This document shows, piece by piece, positions 29,623 to 39,189 of a stretch of DNA of 64,000 nucleotides. The notes beneath the pieces were generated by a model. It ran no database searches. It had not been told where the DNA came from and was given only the letters and a program-made list of their open reading frames with translations. Every line of letters begins with the position of its first letter. Positions within the stretch are counted from its first letter, which is position 1. The DNA comes from Methanocorpusculum sp. (lineage in GTDB: Archaea > Halobacteriota > Methanomicrobia > Methanomicrobiales > Methanocorpusculaceae), in the NCBI GenBank assembly GCA_029987115.1, contig DALTWK010000003.1, positions 39,661 through 103,660 of the forward strand. The letters run 5' to 3'. Position numbers and translations under genes: made by a program.

Positions 29623-30786
29623 TTAGAGGTGTATACGCTTTTCCCTTTGGGGGTATAGAGCGACCTCTCCCTCCCTCCAAGCCAGACTCCAGGAGTGACC
29701 CTTACGGAATAAGACACACCCGTCGAGGAAATCAATCCAGTCATCAGAGAAATCATATCCCGTTAGAACTGATATGAATGAAACTACAAATGCATCATGA
29801 GTAACAGCAAGAATGCATTTACCGTCTTCTGCAATCTCTTGAATATGCTGAAAGAAAAGCTCAGTTCCTTTCTTTATTGGATGATGTCCCGGGAGTATCT
29901 CTCCGTTGATATATGATCGGATAGCGGATATAGTATCATGTTCGACGTAATACTCGTGGCTTAATGGATTGTCATAGACGTAAAGACCGGGATTTCCAAA
30001 ACACGTGTCTTTGGTGACTCTTTCAGCTATGAATTCTGCGGTTTTTAAACACCGTGGAATCGTGCTTGCATAAGCATTTGTAATCGGAGGTAGATTTTTC
30101 GCGAGTTCTTTTGCCTCTTTTTCTCCGCGTGCTGTTATTTTTTTATCAAATCCTCCCTCTCCTCGGTAAAACGGTTCACGTTCTGCATGCCGAATCAGGA
30201 TAACACAGGCATCATATTCATGAGTCTTAACCAGTTCGGGAATTATATTTATTCGTTTCTTTCTGCGGATTTCTCCGCGTGGGAAGTTATCGGTAGGTTC
30301 TTCCGATTTCTCTTGGATGTTACCTTCGATATCAATATAATGCCATCCTTTTTCATCACGTACTTTTGCTCTTCCGTTTATAAACGGACGTACATCATAG
30401 TACCAGTTGTTGTACAGGAGTTCTCCCGATGTTGTTATGTGGGTTGCACCGTCCTTTGCATGATAGACGCAGGCAATACCATTATTGAAATCTCCTCCCC
30501 AAATGAAATTCATTGGGTCGATGCGTCGTCCGGTTTCTGCGATGTAGTGCCAACCGTTTTCATCTTTTACCCTTGCAGTGTTATCGTAGAAATCCCCTAC
30601 AGCAGGATAACGTTCAGGGTACACTGCGTTTCCGAAAAAATCAATGTGAAACCATCCTGTTTCATCTTTTGCCGCGGCTAATCCGGGAAAGTGATATTCA
30701 CGGACTTCTTGGAATCGTTTTTTATAGATGGGACTCCCTGCGAAGGTATGATGTGTCTTGTCTGTGCTAACTTCTGGAAAATCCAT
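29623..30786 (-). CDS. WG(KWG)-repeat plus histidine phosphatase fusion protein
   Basis: Repeats such as AKDETGWFHIDFFG, VKDENGWHYIAETG, VRDEKGWHYIDIEG; then LIRHAER, ASTIPRCLKTA, AVTHD. Confidence 0.82.
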   Translation of the reverse strand: MDFPEVSTDKTHHTFAGSPIYKKRFQEVREYHFPGLAAAKDETGWFHIDFFGNAVYPERYPAVGDFYDNTARVKDENGWHYIAETGRRIDPMNFIWGGDFNNGIACVYHAKDGATHITTSGELLYNNWYYDVRPFINGRAKVRDEKGWHYIDIEGNIQEKSEEPTDNFPRGEIRRKKRINIIPELVKTHEYDACVILIRHAEREPFYRGEGGFDKKITARGEKEAKELAKNLPPITNAYASTIPRCLKTAEFIAERVTKDTCFGNPGLYVYDNPLSHEYYVEHDTISAIRSYINGEILPGHHPIKKGTELFFQHIQEIAEDGKCILAVTHDAFVVSFISVLTGYDFSDDWIDFLDGCVLFRKGHSWSLAWREGEVALYPQREKRIHL

Positions 30787-30808
30787 TTTCTGATAAAAAA
30801 AGAGTGTG

Positions 30809-31834
30809 TTATCTGATAGCAACGAGTCCAACTGCTTTGTTTGTGATGGCAATGGACTCGTCTGCTGTTTTCACATCGCCAATCAATGCACGTATGCAGT
30901 CAACAGTTTCAACGACGACGTCGGCTTCCTGGTGAATTGCTTGGAACATATAGAGGTCGGTTCCATCTAGAACAGATACGGATTCTTCAAAGATTCCATT
31001 TTCCCAGACATCTCCTCTTGGACGTAATAAATCAGAAGTATATTCTTTTATCTGAGCGGTACTGGTGATACCACTTGCTTTGGAGATTAGTCCAAGTCTT
31101 GAATGCGCCTTTATTAATTTGAGTACTTCCTCTTTCGTTGTTGGGTTTTTCAGTTCCATGTTCAGGAAGTGCATGTGCATCAGCGTGGTTGGAACAATCA
31201 TTGCAGAAGTTACAATGTTGATGTGTGGGAGAACACTCTGAACATCTGGGCCGTGATGAGATGGGATTGTAACCGGGTTTAATGCAATTGCATCAATTGG
31301 TCCACGTTTGATATCACCTGGGTCACCACCACGTCTAACCATTGTTGCACGGACTTTCTTTACCCCAAATGTTTTGTCGATTAAATTGATGATTCTGCAA
31401 AGACCGGTTGTATTGCAGGAGACAACACGTGCAAACTGTCTGCCAACCGCCTGCTCATAGTTGCAGGATGAATTGAAAGAAAAACCCGCAACTTCGTGGT
31501 CTTCTCCGCCTTCCCAGATTGCCTTCTTCTGGTATTTTTCATAGAGTGCTTTGTTGGAAACGCCGACACCTCCTGGTGTTGCATCAACAATGACATCAGC
31601 TTTTTGGATCATCTCTTCGACGCTTCCTGCTACTGGCATTCCTGCTTTTTCAAATGCCTCCTTTTTGTTGATGTCTGCAATGTAAAGTGGATATCCACGT
31701 TTAATTGCTACAAGAGCTTCAGCTCCAGGTTTAGTTTTAGAAACACCAATGATTTCCATGTCTGGCTGGAGAGAAACCGCATCTGCGACACGTTTTCCAA
31801 TAGTTCCGTAACCGTTGACTGCGACCTTAATCAT
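30809..31834 (-). CDS. gap: Archaeal type II glyceraldehyde-3-phosphate dehydrogenase
   Basis: VAVNGYGTIGKRVADA, VVSCNTTGL, SHHGPDV, QAIHQE. Confidence 0.96.
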   Translation of the reverse strand: MIKVAVNGYGTIGKRVADAVSLQPDMEIIGVSKTKPGAEALVAIKRGYPLYIADINKKEAFEKAGMPVAGSVEEMIQKADVIVDATPGGVGVSNKALYEKYQKKAIWEGGEDHEVAGFSFNSSCNYEQAVGRQFARVVSCNTTGLCRIINLIDKTFGVKKVRATMVRRGGDPGDIKRGPIDAIALNPVTIPSHHGPDVQSVLPHINIVTSAMIVPTTLMHMHFLNMELKNPTTKEEVLKLIKAHSRLGLISKASGITSTAQIKEYTSDLLRPRGDVWENGIFEESVSVLDGTDLYMFQAIHQEADVVVETVDCIRALIGDVKTADESIAITNKAVGLVAIR

Positions 31835-31906
31835 ATACTCTATCCTTTGTATTCAAGACTAAAATACTATGGGGTTTCACTTGCGGTTAGCCATCTTGAA
31901 ATGAAG

Positions 31907-31988
31907 TGCGAGGGGAGGGATTCGAACCCGCGAACGACTATCGAGCAGATCTTGAGTCAGCCTCCGTTGGCCACTTGGATACCCTCGC
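31907..31988 (-). tRNA. tRNA-Leu(CAA)
   Basis: Acceptor GCGAGGG/CCCTCGC; loop CTCAAGA; variable arm; TTCGAAT. Confidence 0.93.
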
Positions 31989-32138
31989 AAGAAAAGTACT
32001 CATATCTATATGCAGACAGCCATTATCAATCTTTTCTCGTCTGTCTTTTGGTACCATCAATTACATTTTTATGGGAAGCAGAAATTACCTGATATTCTAC
32101 CTCCTCATCATTGGATATACATATAGACTATTACCTTA

Positions 32139-35100
32139 TTAGAAGAATGATGACAAGTCCGTCTGAACCTTTTCCTCCTCTCCAAACGTTGAGTTGATAT
32201 TCATCTCAACAACTTGGACACGCTGTACCGCATAGTCTGAAAGTTTGTAGTGTTTAGTCATGTATTTTGCAATGCTCAAGTACTTGGTAACATTTCCCTT
32301 ATGCATTGTTGCTTTGAGTGACGATCCGCATTTGGTACATTTTCCCGTTAATGTTGGTCGACGATAACTGGTTTTGCACTTTGGGCAACGGAATTTCTGT
32401 TTTGAGAATGATCTGAGATTACCTATAATATCAGGCATTAGATGACTGTTCAGGATTCGTTCTGCAAGATTGTCGGTATCTACTGCACGTATTTTATCGG
32501 CGAGTTCCAGTTCAGCCATAATTTTATCTTCAGTATCTTTGAAAATCGGGCTGGTATACATCGTGTCAATTGGCCCTTCAGAAATATCATTGGTATCATG
32601 TGTAAAAAGGAAACCTTCAAACTGTTCAGGTTTTCCAGTTCGTTTTTCAATATAATCAACGCAGTCTGCTAGGTCTTTGGGTGCTGTATAGGAAAGACAT
32701 CCTTCATAGACTTTCAGCGGATAGTGTGTTCCAACATCAACATTAAGTGCTTCCTTATCAACTTCTTTCGGGTTGAGTGTTGTTGTCAGAACCAACGGAG
32801 CATCCATAGTGCCTCCACGGCTGCTTGGCAGGAATGATCGTGAGAAATTTACAAGACCATCCATCATCAACATGACGCAGTCTTCATCTCCATCACAGTT
32901 TCGACGTTTCGCTGCATGGTAATACGGATGGGCATATCCCGCCTTTGCTTTAGTAAAGCCAATTAATCGGGCAAGCACCCCCGCAGATGTATGGGGCGCA
33001 AGACCCATAACTAAATGACCTACAAGATCTTCCGGTTTTTCCGCTTTGTAGAAGGGTTCGAGTCCATAGAGATGAACTAGTAGTTCATCAATATATTTTG
33101 AAATCCGAAGGAGATACTCACCGCAGTCCTCCGATACAAGAATATCCTGAGGAAGGAGTTCGACCACCTGTTTTTCATCCGTAAGTTCTTTTCCGTAGGT
33201 GTCTTTAGTATATCCGATAGATCGCAGTTTTTCTACAGATACAGCAATTTCTTTTGGTTTGAAATGTGTCAACGGCAAATCAATCATGTCGTAGCGGATT
33301 GTTCCGTCACGGAATACATAAATATCGTATTTTGCCCGAAGGATTCCCTTTTCCAACGGTTCAATACATTTTTCTCGGGAAATCATTCCGATAACGCCTT
33401 TTACATTTGGTGGATTGCGGGTGTATTCCAGACCAACTTTTGTGAGTGCTGTGTTATATTCTGCACTTAGGTTGATGATGCTTTCTTTGGAACAGACAAA
33501 TGACGTCCCGCATACAGGACATACAGTCTGTCCAGGTTCTGCAATCTTCTTACAGCTAGGACAACGGAAGACTGCATCCGTATGTTCTCCGCAGTCTGGA
33601 CATTTACTCTTAAAGGTTATTTTGCCACATTTGGGGCAACGCCTTTCACCGGTTTCAACATGAAGCATCCCGGCAAACTGTTTTGATGTTATTCCGAATA
33701 GTTCATCTTCATCGGTTGTACATGATTTTGCAGCTGTATCAACGGATCGTTGTTGGCCACCGGATTTTCCTAGAGGGAACAATACATGTACCGGCGGTTT
33801 CATCTTACGCGGAGCGGATTTTCCCGGTCTCCCCATACGCCCACCAATACGTGTTCCTGCTTTGGAACGCATTTTAATGCCGGATAAGTGTTCTGCCATG
33901 ACAAGTCCATTGGTAAAGGGAGGGAGTGTATTCCATGATGGGAGTTTTTTTAAATCATAGGAAAGTCCAAGACCTGCAATCAGAGCAAGCGGTTTTCGAA
34001 GAACATAACATCCATCTTCTACTGTATGAGGTACGAGGAGTTCTTCAAGAACAGCTTTTGCATCATTATTTTCTGGAATGTAAAGAATGCCATTATCGAT
34101 TTTTCCCGTTTTACTAACAATGTCAGACAACGTTCGAATCTGTTCTTCTGTGCAATCATCCCAGAACCAGGTGTAATCCGGGTGCAGATATGTACCTTGA
34201 GTGACAAATGCCAGTGCTTCTGTTTCAGTTTCTGGATGTCGTGGTCCTCCTTCTTGAATCCACCATTCTTCACAATAGGATGGAGGAGCTAGAACATGGT
34301 TATTTTCCATGAATTCTCCGAAAGAAATCAGAATTTCTCCAATATCTGGGATATATTCGATTTCATCGTAGATTTTGTTCGCTTCCTCAAGTGTGTCAAC
34401 TCTTCTGATTTCTCCAGATTTGAGGCGAACAGTTGGACCTTCGATGGTTGTTACCGGAACAACGCCGCAGGCTTTTCCCGGTCGTTCGACTTTCATTTGA
34501 GTTCCAACTGAAAGATAATCTCCTAAAATGTGAAGTGTTGCAGGATTAAAACCGCATGTTGCAAAACCGGTATTTCTGCTCCGCCCCAATCGCAGTCTGA
34601 AGCCACCTTTACGCATGGGATAGGAGAAGGCAGGTCTTCCAGCAATCATATCTCTGATGTACTTGTCTTTTGGATGAATTCCTGGTTCATCTGGTTCGTC
34701 GGATGTTGCAGAGGATGCACCGTCAATAATTGTCTGCAGGAAGTCCCATCCATCAAGGACAACTTTGTCCTTGTTCATTTTTGCAACGTTTTTCTGGATT
34801 TTCGGGGCTTTAAGGCACATTCCTTCTGCAATAACAAGACACATCCCTCCCCGTACAGTGTTGGTAGCGACACGTTCCAGGTTGCGGTGACCGGAAACCT
34901 CTTCCTGTTCTGTTGGTTCTCCGTCGATACAGACTGGACAACTTTTTGCTATGAGACGAATTTCATCATCTTTCGGCATGTATTGCAGACTTGTGATGCT
35001 GTTGTACTGTTTGATTTCTTCTACATACCGTTCTATTTCCTCTTCGCGCGGTTTGTAGCGTTCCATCCCGAGCAGACGACGGAGGTAATCCCCCGCAAGA

Positions 35101-35588
35101 ACAGACATTGCTTGTGCAGTACCTCCCGCCGAACGGATTGGGCCAGCATAGGATATGGAAAGATATTCACTTCCATCATCGTTTGTATGAACTGTTATCG
35201 ATTCAACACCCTCTGTCGGTGCTGCAACCACCCCTTCGGTGATAATTGCCATAGATGTACGGATTGCATGGTCAATAATCTCATCCCGGGTTTTGGATCC
35301 TTCAAATTTACCAGCGACAAAGGCATCACAAATTTTGAGGGAGACCAGTTCACGGTTGAGATTAGGGTCTGCTTCCAATCGGCGGATTTCTTCTGCAACT
35401 CCTTTATACCCGAGAAGTGCCTCAACTCGTCCAGCAAGATCACTTGCAATTGGCACCTCCAGATATGGTTTTGGATCATATCCCTTTGCCTTTGCTTTTT
35501 CTGCGATTTCAATAATTTTATTCAAATCTGCAAGTAAATTGTCTAAATATTCTTGATAGCGAGGAGATGCAGCAAGTTTATCGGTCAT
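32139..35588 (-). CDS. polC: DNA polymerase II (PolD) large subunit DP2
   Basis: EGVVAAPTEG, GPIRSAGGTAQA, LAPHTSAG, HAAKRRNCDGDEDC, Zn fingers, C-terminal PIP box QTDLSSFF. Confidence 0.98.
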   Translation of the reverse strand: MTDKLAASPRYQEYLDNLLADLNKIIEIAEKAKAKGYDPKPYLEVPIASDLAGRVEALLGYKGVAEEIRRLEADPNLNRELVSLKICDAFVAGKFEGSKTRDEIIDHAIRTSMAIITEGVVAAPTEGVESITVHTNDDGSEYLSISYAGPIRSAGGTAQAMSVLAGDYLRRLLGMERYKPREEEIERYVEEIKQYNSITSLQYMPKDDEIRLIAKSCPVCIDGEPTEQEEVSGHRNLERVATNTVRGGMCLVIAEGMCLKAPKIQKNVAKMNKDKVVLDGWDFLQTIIDGASSATSDEPDEPGIHPKDKYIRDMIAGRPAFSYPMRKGGFRLRLGRSRNTGFATCGFNPATLHILGDYLSVGTQMKVERPGKACGVVPVTTIEGPTVRLKSGEIRRVDTLEEANKIYDEIEYIPDIGEILISFGEFMENNHVLAPPSYCEEWWIQEGGPRHPETETEALAFVTQGTYLHPDYTWFWDDCTEEQIRTLSDIVSKTGKIDNGILYIPENNDAKAVLEELLVPHTVEDGCYVLRKPLALIAGLGLSYDLKKLPSWNTLPPFTNGLVMAEHLSGIKMRSKAGTRIGGRMGRPGKSAPRKMKPPVHVLFPLGKSGGQQRSVDTAAKSCTTDEDELFGITSKQFAGMLHVETGERRCPKCGKITFKSKCPDCGEHTDAVFRCPSCKKIAEPGQTVCPVCGTSFVCSKESIINLSAEYNTALTKVGLEYTRNPPNVKGVIGMISREKCIEPLEKGILRAKYDIYVFRDGTIRYDMIDLPLTHFKPKEIAVSVEKLRSIGYTKDTYGKELTDEKQVVELLPQDILVSEDCGEYLLRISKYIDELLVHLYGLEPFYKAEKPEDLVGHLVMGLAPHTSAGVLARLIGFTKAKAGYAHPYYHAAKRRNCDGDEDCVMLMMDGLVNFSRSFLPSSRGGTMDAPLVLTTTLNPKEVDKEALNVDVGTHYPLKVYEGCLSYTAPKDLADCVDYIEKRTGKPEQFEGFLFTHDTNDISEGPIDTMYTSPIFKDTEDKIMAELELADKIRAVDTDNLAERILNSHLMPDIIGNLRSFSKQKFRCPKCKTSYRRPTLTGKCTKCGSSLKATMHKGNVTKYLSIAKYMTKHYKLSDYAVQRVQVVEMNINSTFGEEEKVQTDLSSFF

Positions 35589-36055
35589 TAGAATTTATAC
35601 ACCCCAAGCTTCATAAGAACAATTCCAGCACAGGATCGCACTGTTTTATCAGGTGAATGTGCTGCTTCTAATAGTGCATCAAGTGCGGGTTGTTCTATTT
35701 TTTCGAGTGCTGCTCCTGCCATTCCTCGTGCAAGTGGGTTTGTGGAAGAAAATAGACTTATCAATGGAGAAACTGCCTTTTCCTTGAATGTGGCAAGGAC
35801 TGCTCCGAAATATCTTTGAACAGTAGCATCTGTTTCTTTCTCAGATTCTTCAATCAGTGTTGGTATGACCGAATCTCCTGCCTTTATCAAAGAGCGGGAG
35901 AGATACCAGCGGATGTTCATATCCCCTCCTCGAATATGCCGAACTATTTCTTGAATAATCTTCGGATTTCCACAAGCTCGTTCCGCGATCAAAATTTCCG
36001 CTTTGTGTCTAATGTCTAAGTCCGGTGAAGATAAATCACGGAGTAGATTTTCCAC
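35588..36055 (-). CDS. HEAT/PBS-lyase repeat protein
   Basis: GTG at 36055 after GAGGAGGG; HEAT-like units (IRWYLSRSLIKAG, ARGMAGAALEKI, VRSCAGIVLMKLG). Confidence 0.8.
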   Translation of the reverse strand: MENLLRDLSSPDLDIRHKAEILIAERACGNPKIIQEIVRHIRGGDMNIRWYLSRSLIKAGDSVIPTLIEESEKETDATVQRYFGAVLATFKEKAVSPLISLFSSTNPLARGMAGAALEKIEQPALDALLEAAHSPDKTVRSCAGIVLMKLGVYKF

Positions 36056-36968
36056 AGTTCCCCTCCTCTTTTTCCTTTTTTGCTTCGATTGTTTCCTGCA
36101 GTTTTTTTGCTTCTTCTTCCCCAAACCAGAGTGTTAACTGATTGAACGGGATGTCGATATTTTCATCACGTAAATCGCTGAACACTTTCCACAATAGTTC
36201 GGTACGTGCTGTCCACCAAAATTCGGAAGGTGCCCAGATTCGTGCTTCGATGTCGATGCCGGATGCACCAAGGACATTAACGAATATTTGTGGAGCTGGT
36301 TCTGTCAGGACAAGTGGGTGGTCAGCAAGTGTTTTCTTCATTATTTTTATCGCTTTTTCTGCGTCTTCTGTGTAACTGACATCAACATGATAATCGAAAC
36401 GCCGGGCAACATTAGTTACGCAGTTGGTGATGTTTCCGCTGTATACATTAGTGTTTGTAACGCGGAGAATCAGTCCATCATACTGTCGGATTTTTGTTGA
36501 AAGAAGACTAATGTCTTCGACATATCCTTCAACCCCGTTTATGATAACAACATCTCCAACTTTAATTGGGTGTTCAATTATCATGAATAACCCAAAAAAT
36601 ACATTTTTCAATGCATCTTGAAATGCCAAACCAGCGACAATCGCAATCGCACCACCTGCGACGAACATTCCTGCGATATCGAAGTGCAGTTGAGGACATA
36701 TTATGAGGAATCCGATAATATAGATGATAAAACGAATAACTCTTGCAAATCGTTCTGCTTCTTTTGCTTCCGATTTAATCATTAGTTTGTGCTGGACAAT
36801 TTTACCGATTTGTCTGGCAACAATTATCGTTATGATTATGATTATTGCAATGGCTATCACATTGCCGATTGTGATATCTCCGATAAGTTTTGTGTCAAAA
36901 AACTCGTTTCCTGTAAACGTCTTTGAAAAGAAATTGGTTACATCTTCCATTACTGAGTCTTCTTCCAT
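36036..36968 (-). CDS. mscS: Small-conductance mechanosensitive channel
   Basis: GLAFQD.LKN.F.G, P.KVGD.V.I.G.EG.V.DI.L.ST, IDIPFNQ. Confidence 0.93.
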   Translation of the reverse strand: MEEDSVMEDVTNFFSKTFTGNEFFDTKLIGDITIGNVIAIAIIIIITIIVARQIGKIVQHKLMIKSEAKEAERFARVIRFIIYIIGFLIICPQLHFDIAGMFVAGGAIAIVAGLAFQDALKNVFFGLFMIIEHPIKVGDVVIINGVEGYVEDISLLSTKIRQYDGLILRVTNTNVYSGNITNCVTNVARRFDYHVDVSYTEDAEKAIKIMKKTLADHPLVLTEPAPQIFVNVLGASGIDIEARIWAPSEFWWTARTELLWKVFSDLRDENIDIPFNQLTLWFGEEEAKKLQETIEAKKEKEEGNCGKSTP

Positions 36969-36969
36969 A

Positions 36970-37800
36970 TTATTTCAACCCCATATCCATTGTAAACATC
37001 TTATCCCGCACAACGTCGTTAATGCTACAGAATTTTGATATTTTTCCATGCTTGAAAACACCGGAACATTTGGTTAGCCCATCAAATAGACTAATGTCCA
37101 GACAGTTTATATGAGCTTTATCTGGAGAAGTAACAATCATCTCGGCGCAGCTTGCAACAACAGTCGAGTCATAGTAGAGTTCCAGTCCTTTCATATACAT
37201 TACAATCCGTCCAATCTTAATCCACTGGTCCGTTCTATTATCAATATCTAAGTGAAGAATTGCCTCTTTGTAGTTTTTGGTTGCTGGTGGTTTGGTGTAG
37301 ACTTTGCTGGTGTGAACCCTGGTAATTACACCTCGTCTTGGCTGTCCGTATAATGCGAATTTGGGGTTGTTGAATCCTGCCATGTCCAAAAGATTCATTT
37401 CTCCATTTTCCGCTTCAAGGAAGATGCCAATTCCTAGAGGCATAGTGAGATAAATCGTTGTAGTAGTTTCCGGTTCAACCACAATTTCTTCAAATTTTAT
37501 CTGAAGAAAATCTGTAATATGGGCTGGAATATTCATCGGTTCGACCGGTTCCAAAAAGTATTCATCTTTTGTTGTGGCCACATTCGCGGTAAATATTGAT
37601 CCAGAGATTTCTCTGCGGAAATGAAATACTCCATCGTCTTTATCTACAGATATGTTGAGTCCTTTAAAACTGATTTCTTGGGTTGAATTATATTTCCCGT
37701 AAGAAATGCCATTAGATGTCTCAGGATTACGTGCTGGTTGGATAATCTCTCTCCGTTTTCCAATCTCTGTACTTTTCTTAATTGGACGTGTTATTGGCAT
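36970..37800 (-). CDS. DUF432 protein
   Basis: PVEP.N.P, YLT.PL.IGIF, KFALYG....GVI.R; typical neighbour of MscS. Confidence 0.82.
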   Translation of the reverse strand: MPITRPIKKSTEIGKRREIIQPARNPETSNGISYGKYNSTQEISFKGLNISVDKDDGVFHFRREISGSIFTANVATTKDEYFLEPVEPMNIPAHITDFLQIKFEEIVVEPETTTTIYLTMPLGIGIFLEAENGEMNLLDMAGFNNPKFALYGQPRRGVITRVHTSKVYTKPPATKNYKEAILHLDIDNRTDQWIKIGRIVMYMKGLELYYDSTVVASCAEMIVTSPDKAHINCLDISLFDGLTKCSGVFKHGKISKFCSINDVVRDKMFTMDMGLK

Positions 37801-37951
37801 GGCATCACCTATGTTTAGAATATTGGAAGGCAGATAATATTAGGGTTTCAGTTATCTGTTCCTATTCAGAGGAATCAAAAAAACTATCTATATTTCTGAC
37901 TGAAAAGCAAATGCTCTTATATCTCACGGGTTATGTATGTATTAGATTTTT

Positions 37952-38101
37952 ATGGCATCTGTCGATGAGTTTGAAACCCGTATCAAAAGACTGGAAGAAA
38001 TAAATGAAAATTTGGAAGAACGTGTTGCGGATTTGGAGCTGCAGATTGCCCAAATTACTGAGCGCGTGCTTCATTCTTGCACTTCCTGTGGTATTTATTA
38101 A
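37952..38101 (+). CDS. 49-aa coiled-coil protein with C-terminal CxxC (not in ORF track)
   Basis: MASVDEFETRIKRLEEINENLEERVADLELQIAQITERVLHSCTSCGIY*; clear heptad periodicity. Confidence 0.65.
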   Translation: MASVDEFETRIKRLEEINENLEERVADLELQIAQITERVLHSCTSCGIY

Positions 38102-38106
38102 GGGAA

Positions 38107-39189
38107 TTATAGGAGTTTTTTAACCTCCTCTTCGTGTTCTATCAGAGCGCAGCCTCCATCATGTTCGCCTCCAACCAGTCCAGCTAGCGATAGTTTTTGG
38201 AAAAGTGGGGATTTTAGTGCCTCTTTTAATGATACGTTTCTCAAGTTCCTGTCGGAATATGGTGAAAACGGACAAGGTTCTGCAGCACCAGTCGGGCTAA
38301 TATGGAAAAATCCGCGCCCTCCGGCTAGACATCCCCCCATATACTCTTCATCACCAGGGAAGGAAAGGAACCAGAGTTTTCGGTATTTTTTTCTGGCGCA
38401 TTCAAGTCTATTTTGGATATCGGCACGATGAATATCTGATAGTTCTAATTGTTTTGTGTCTTTTGTTGTTGCAGAATAGGCTATGAGAAATACTATTCTG
38501 GCTCCTGTTTGCTCAAGATAGTTCAAAAAATTTGTTGATAATATTTTGAAATAATTATCTTTTGTCAGTGTGATGCTTACACCGAAGAGAATACCTTTGG
38601 AGTTTAGATTTTGGATTGTGTTTTCAATTTTTTCAGCAACCCCCTCTCCCCGTCGCTTGTTAGTTTCTGTTGAATCTCCTTCAATAGAAAGAATCGGTAT
38701 CAGGTTTCTATATCTGTCAAAAATATCAGTTGTCTCATCATTGAAAAGTGTGCCGTTGGTAAAGACGGGGAAGACTATTTTCTTTATCTCAGCAGCTTTT
38801 TCCAGTACATCCTTTCGCAAGAGTGGCTCCCCTCCTGCAAGAATACAGAAAGAAATACCAAGGTTTTCTGCTTGGGTAAATATATCCGCCCATTCATCGG
38901 ATGTAAGAGATTTGGATATTGGGTTGTCGGAACACATGTTTCTACCACGCGAGTAACAACCAGAACAGTGTAGATTGCATCTCTGAGTGATACTTGCTAT
39001 AAGAAATGTTGGAATGTGTCTCTCTACTTTTTCCTGCTCTTTTCTTAGGTTAGCCTGATGTTTTTGGGAAATTGTCTGTGAAAGCAGAAATTTTGTTTCC
39101 TTCGGATTATCAACTGTTTCTTTCAAAACGGATTTTATTAACCGTTCAATGCTCTCGTTCAGGTAACATGTGAGCTCCGTTTTATTCAT
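38107..39189 (-). CDS. Radical SAM protein with SPASM/twitch domain
   Basis: CNLHCSGC, AGGEP, FTNG, GCLAGG..F.HISP.G..EPCPF. Confidence 0.92.
   Translation of the reverse strand: MNKTELTCYLNESIERLIKSVLKETVDNPKETKFLLSQTISQKHQANLRKEQEKVERHIPTFLIASITQRCNLHCSGCYSRGRNMCSDNPISKSLTSDEWADIFTQAENLGISFCILAGGEPLLRKDVLEKAAEIKKIVFPVFTNGTLFNDETTDIFDRYRNLIPILSIEGDSTETNKRRGEGVAEKIENTIQNLNSKGILFGVSITLTKDNYFKILSTNFLNYLEQTGARIVFLIAYSATTKDTKQLELSDIHRADIQNRLECARKKYRKLWFLSFPGDEEYMGGCLAGGRGFFHISPTGAAEPCPFSPYSDRNLRNVSLKEALKSPLFQKLSLAGLVGGEHDGGCALIEHEEEVKKLL

Noticed and set aside
34530..35537. 335-aa plus-strand ORF
   Set aside because: Antisense shadow of polC with atypical Cys/Phe-rich composition and no motifs
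32139..35588. Possible intein in PolD DP2
   Set aside because: The known insertion site RRN/CDGDED is uninterrupted and the length (1149 aa) fits an intein-free protein
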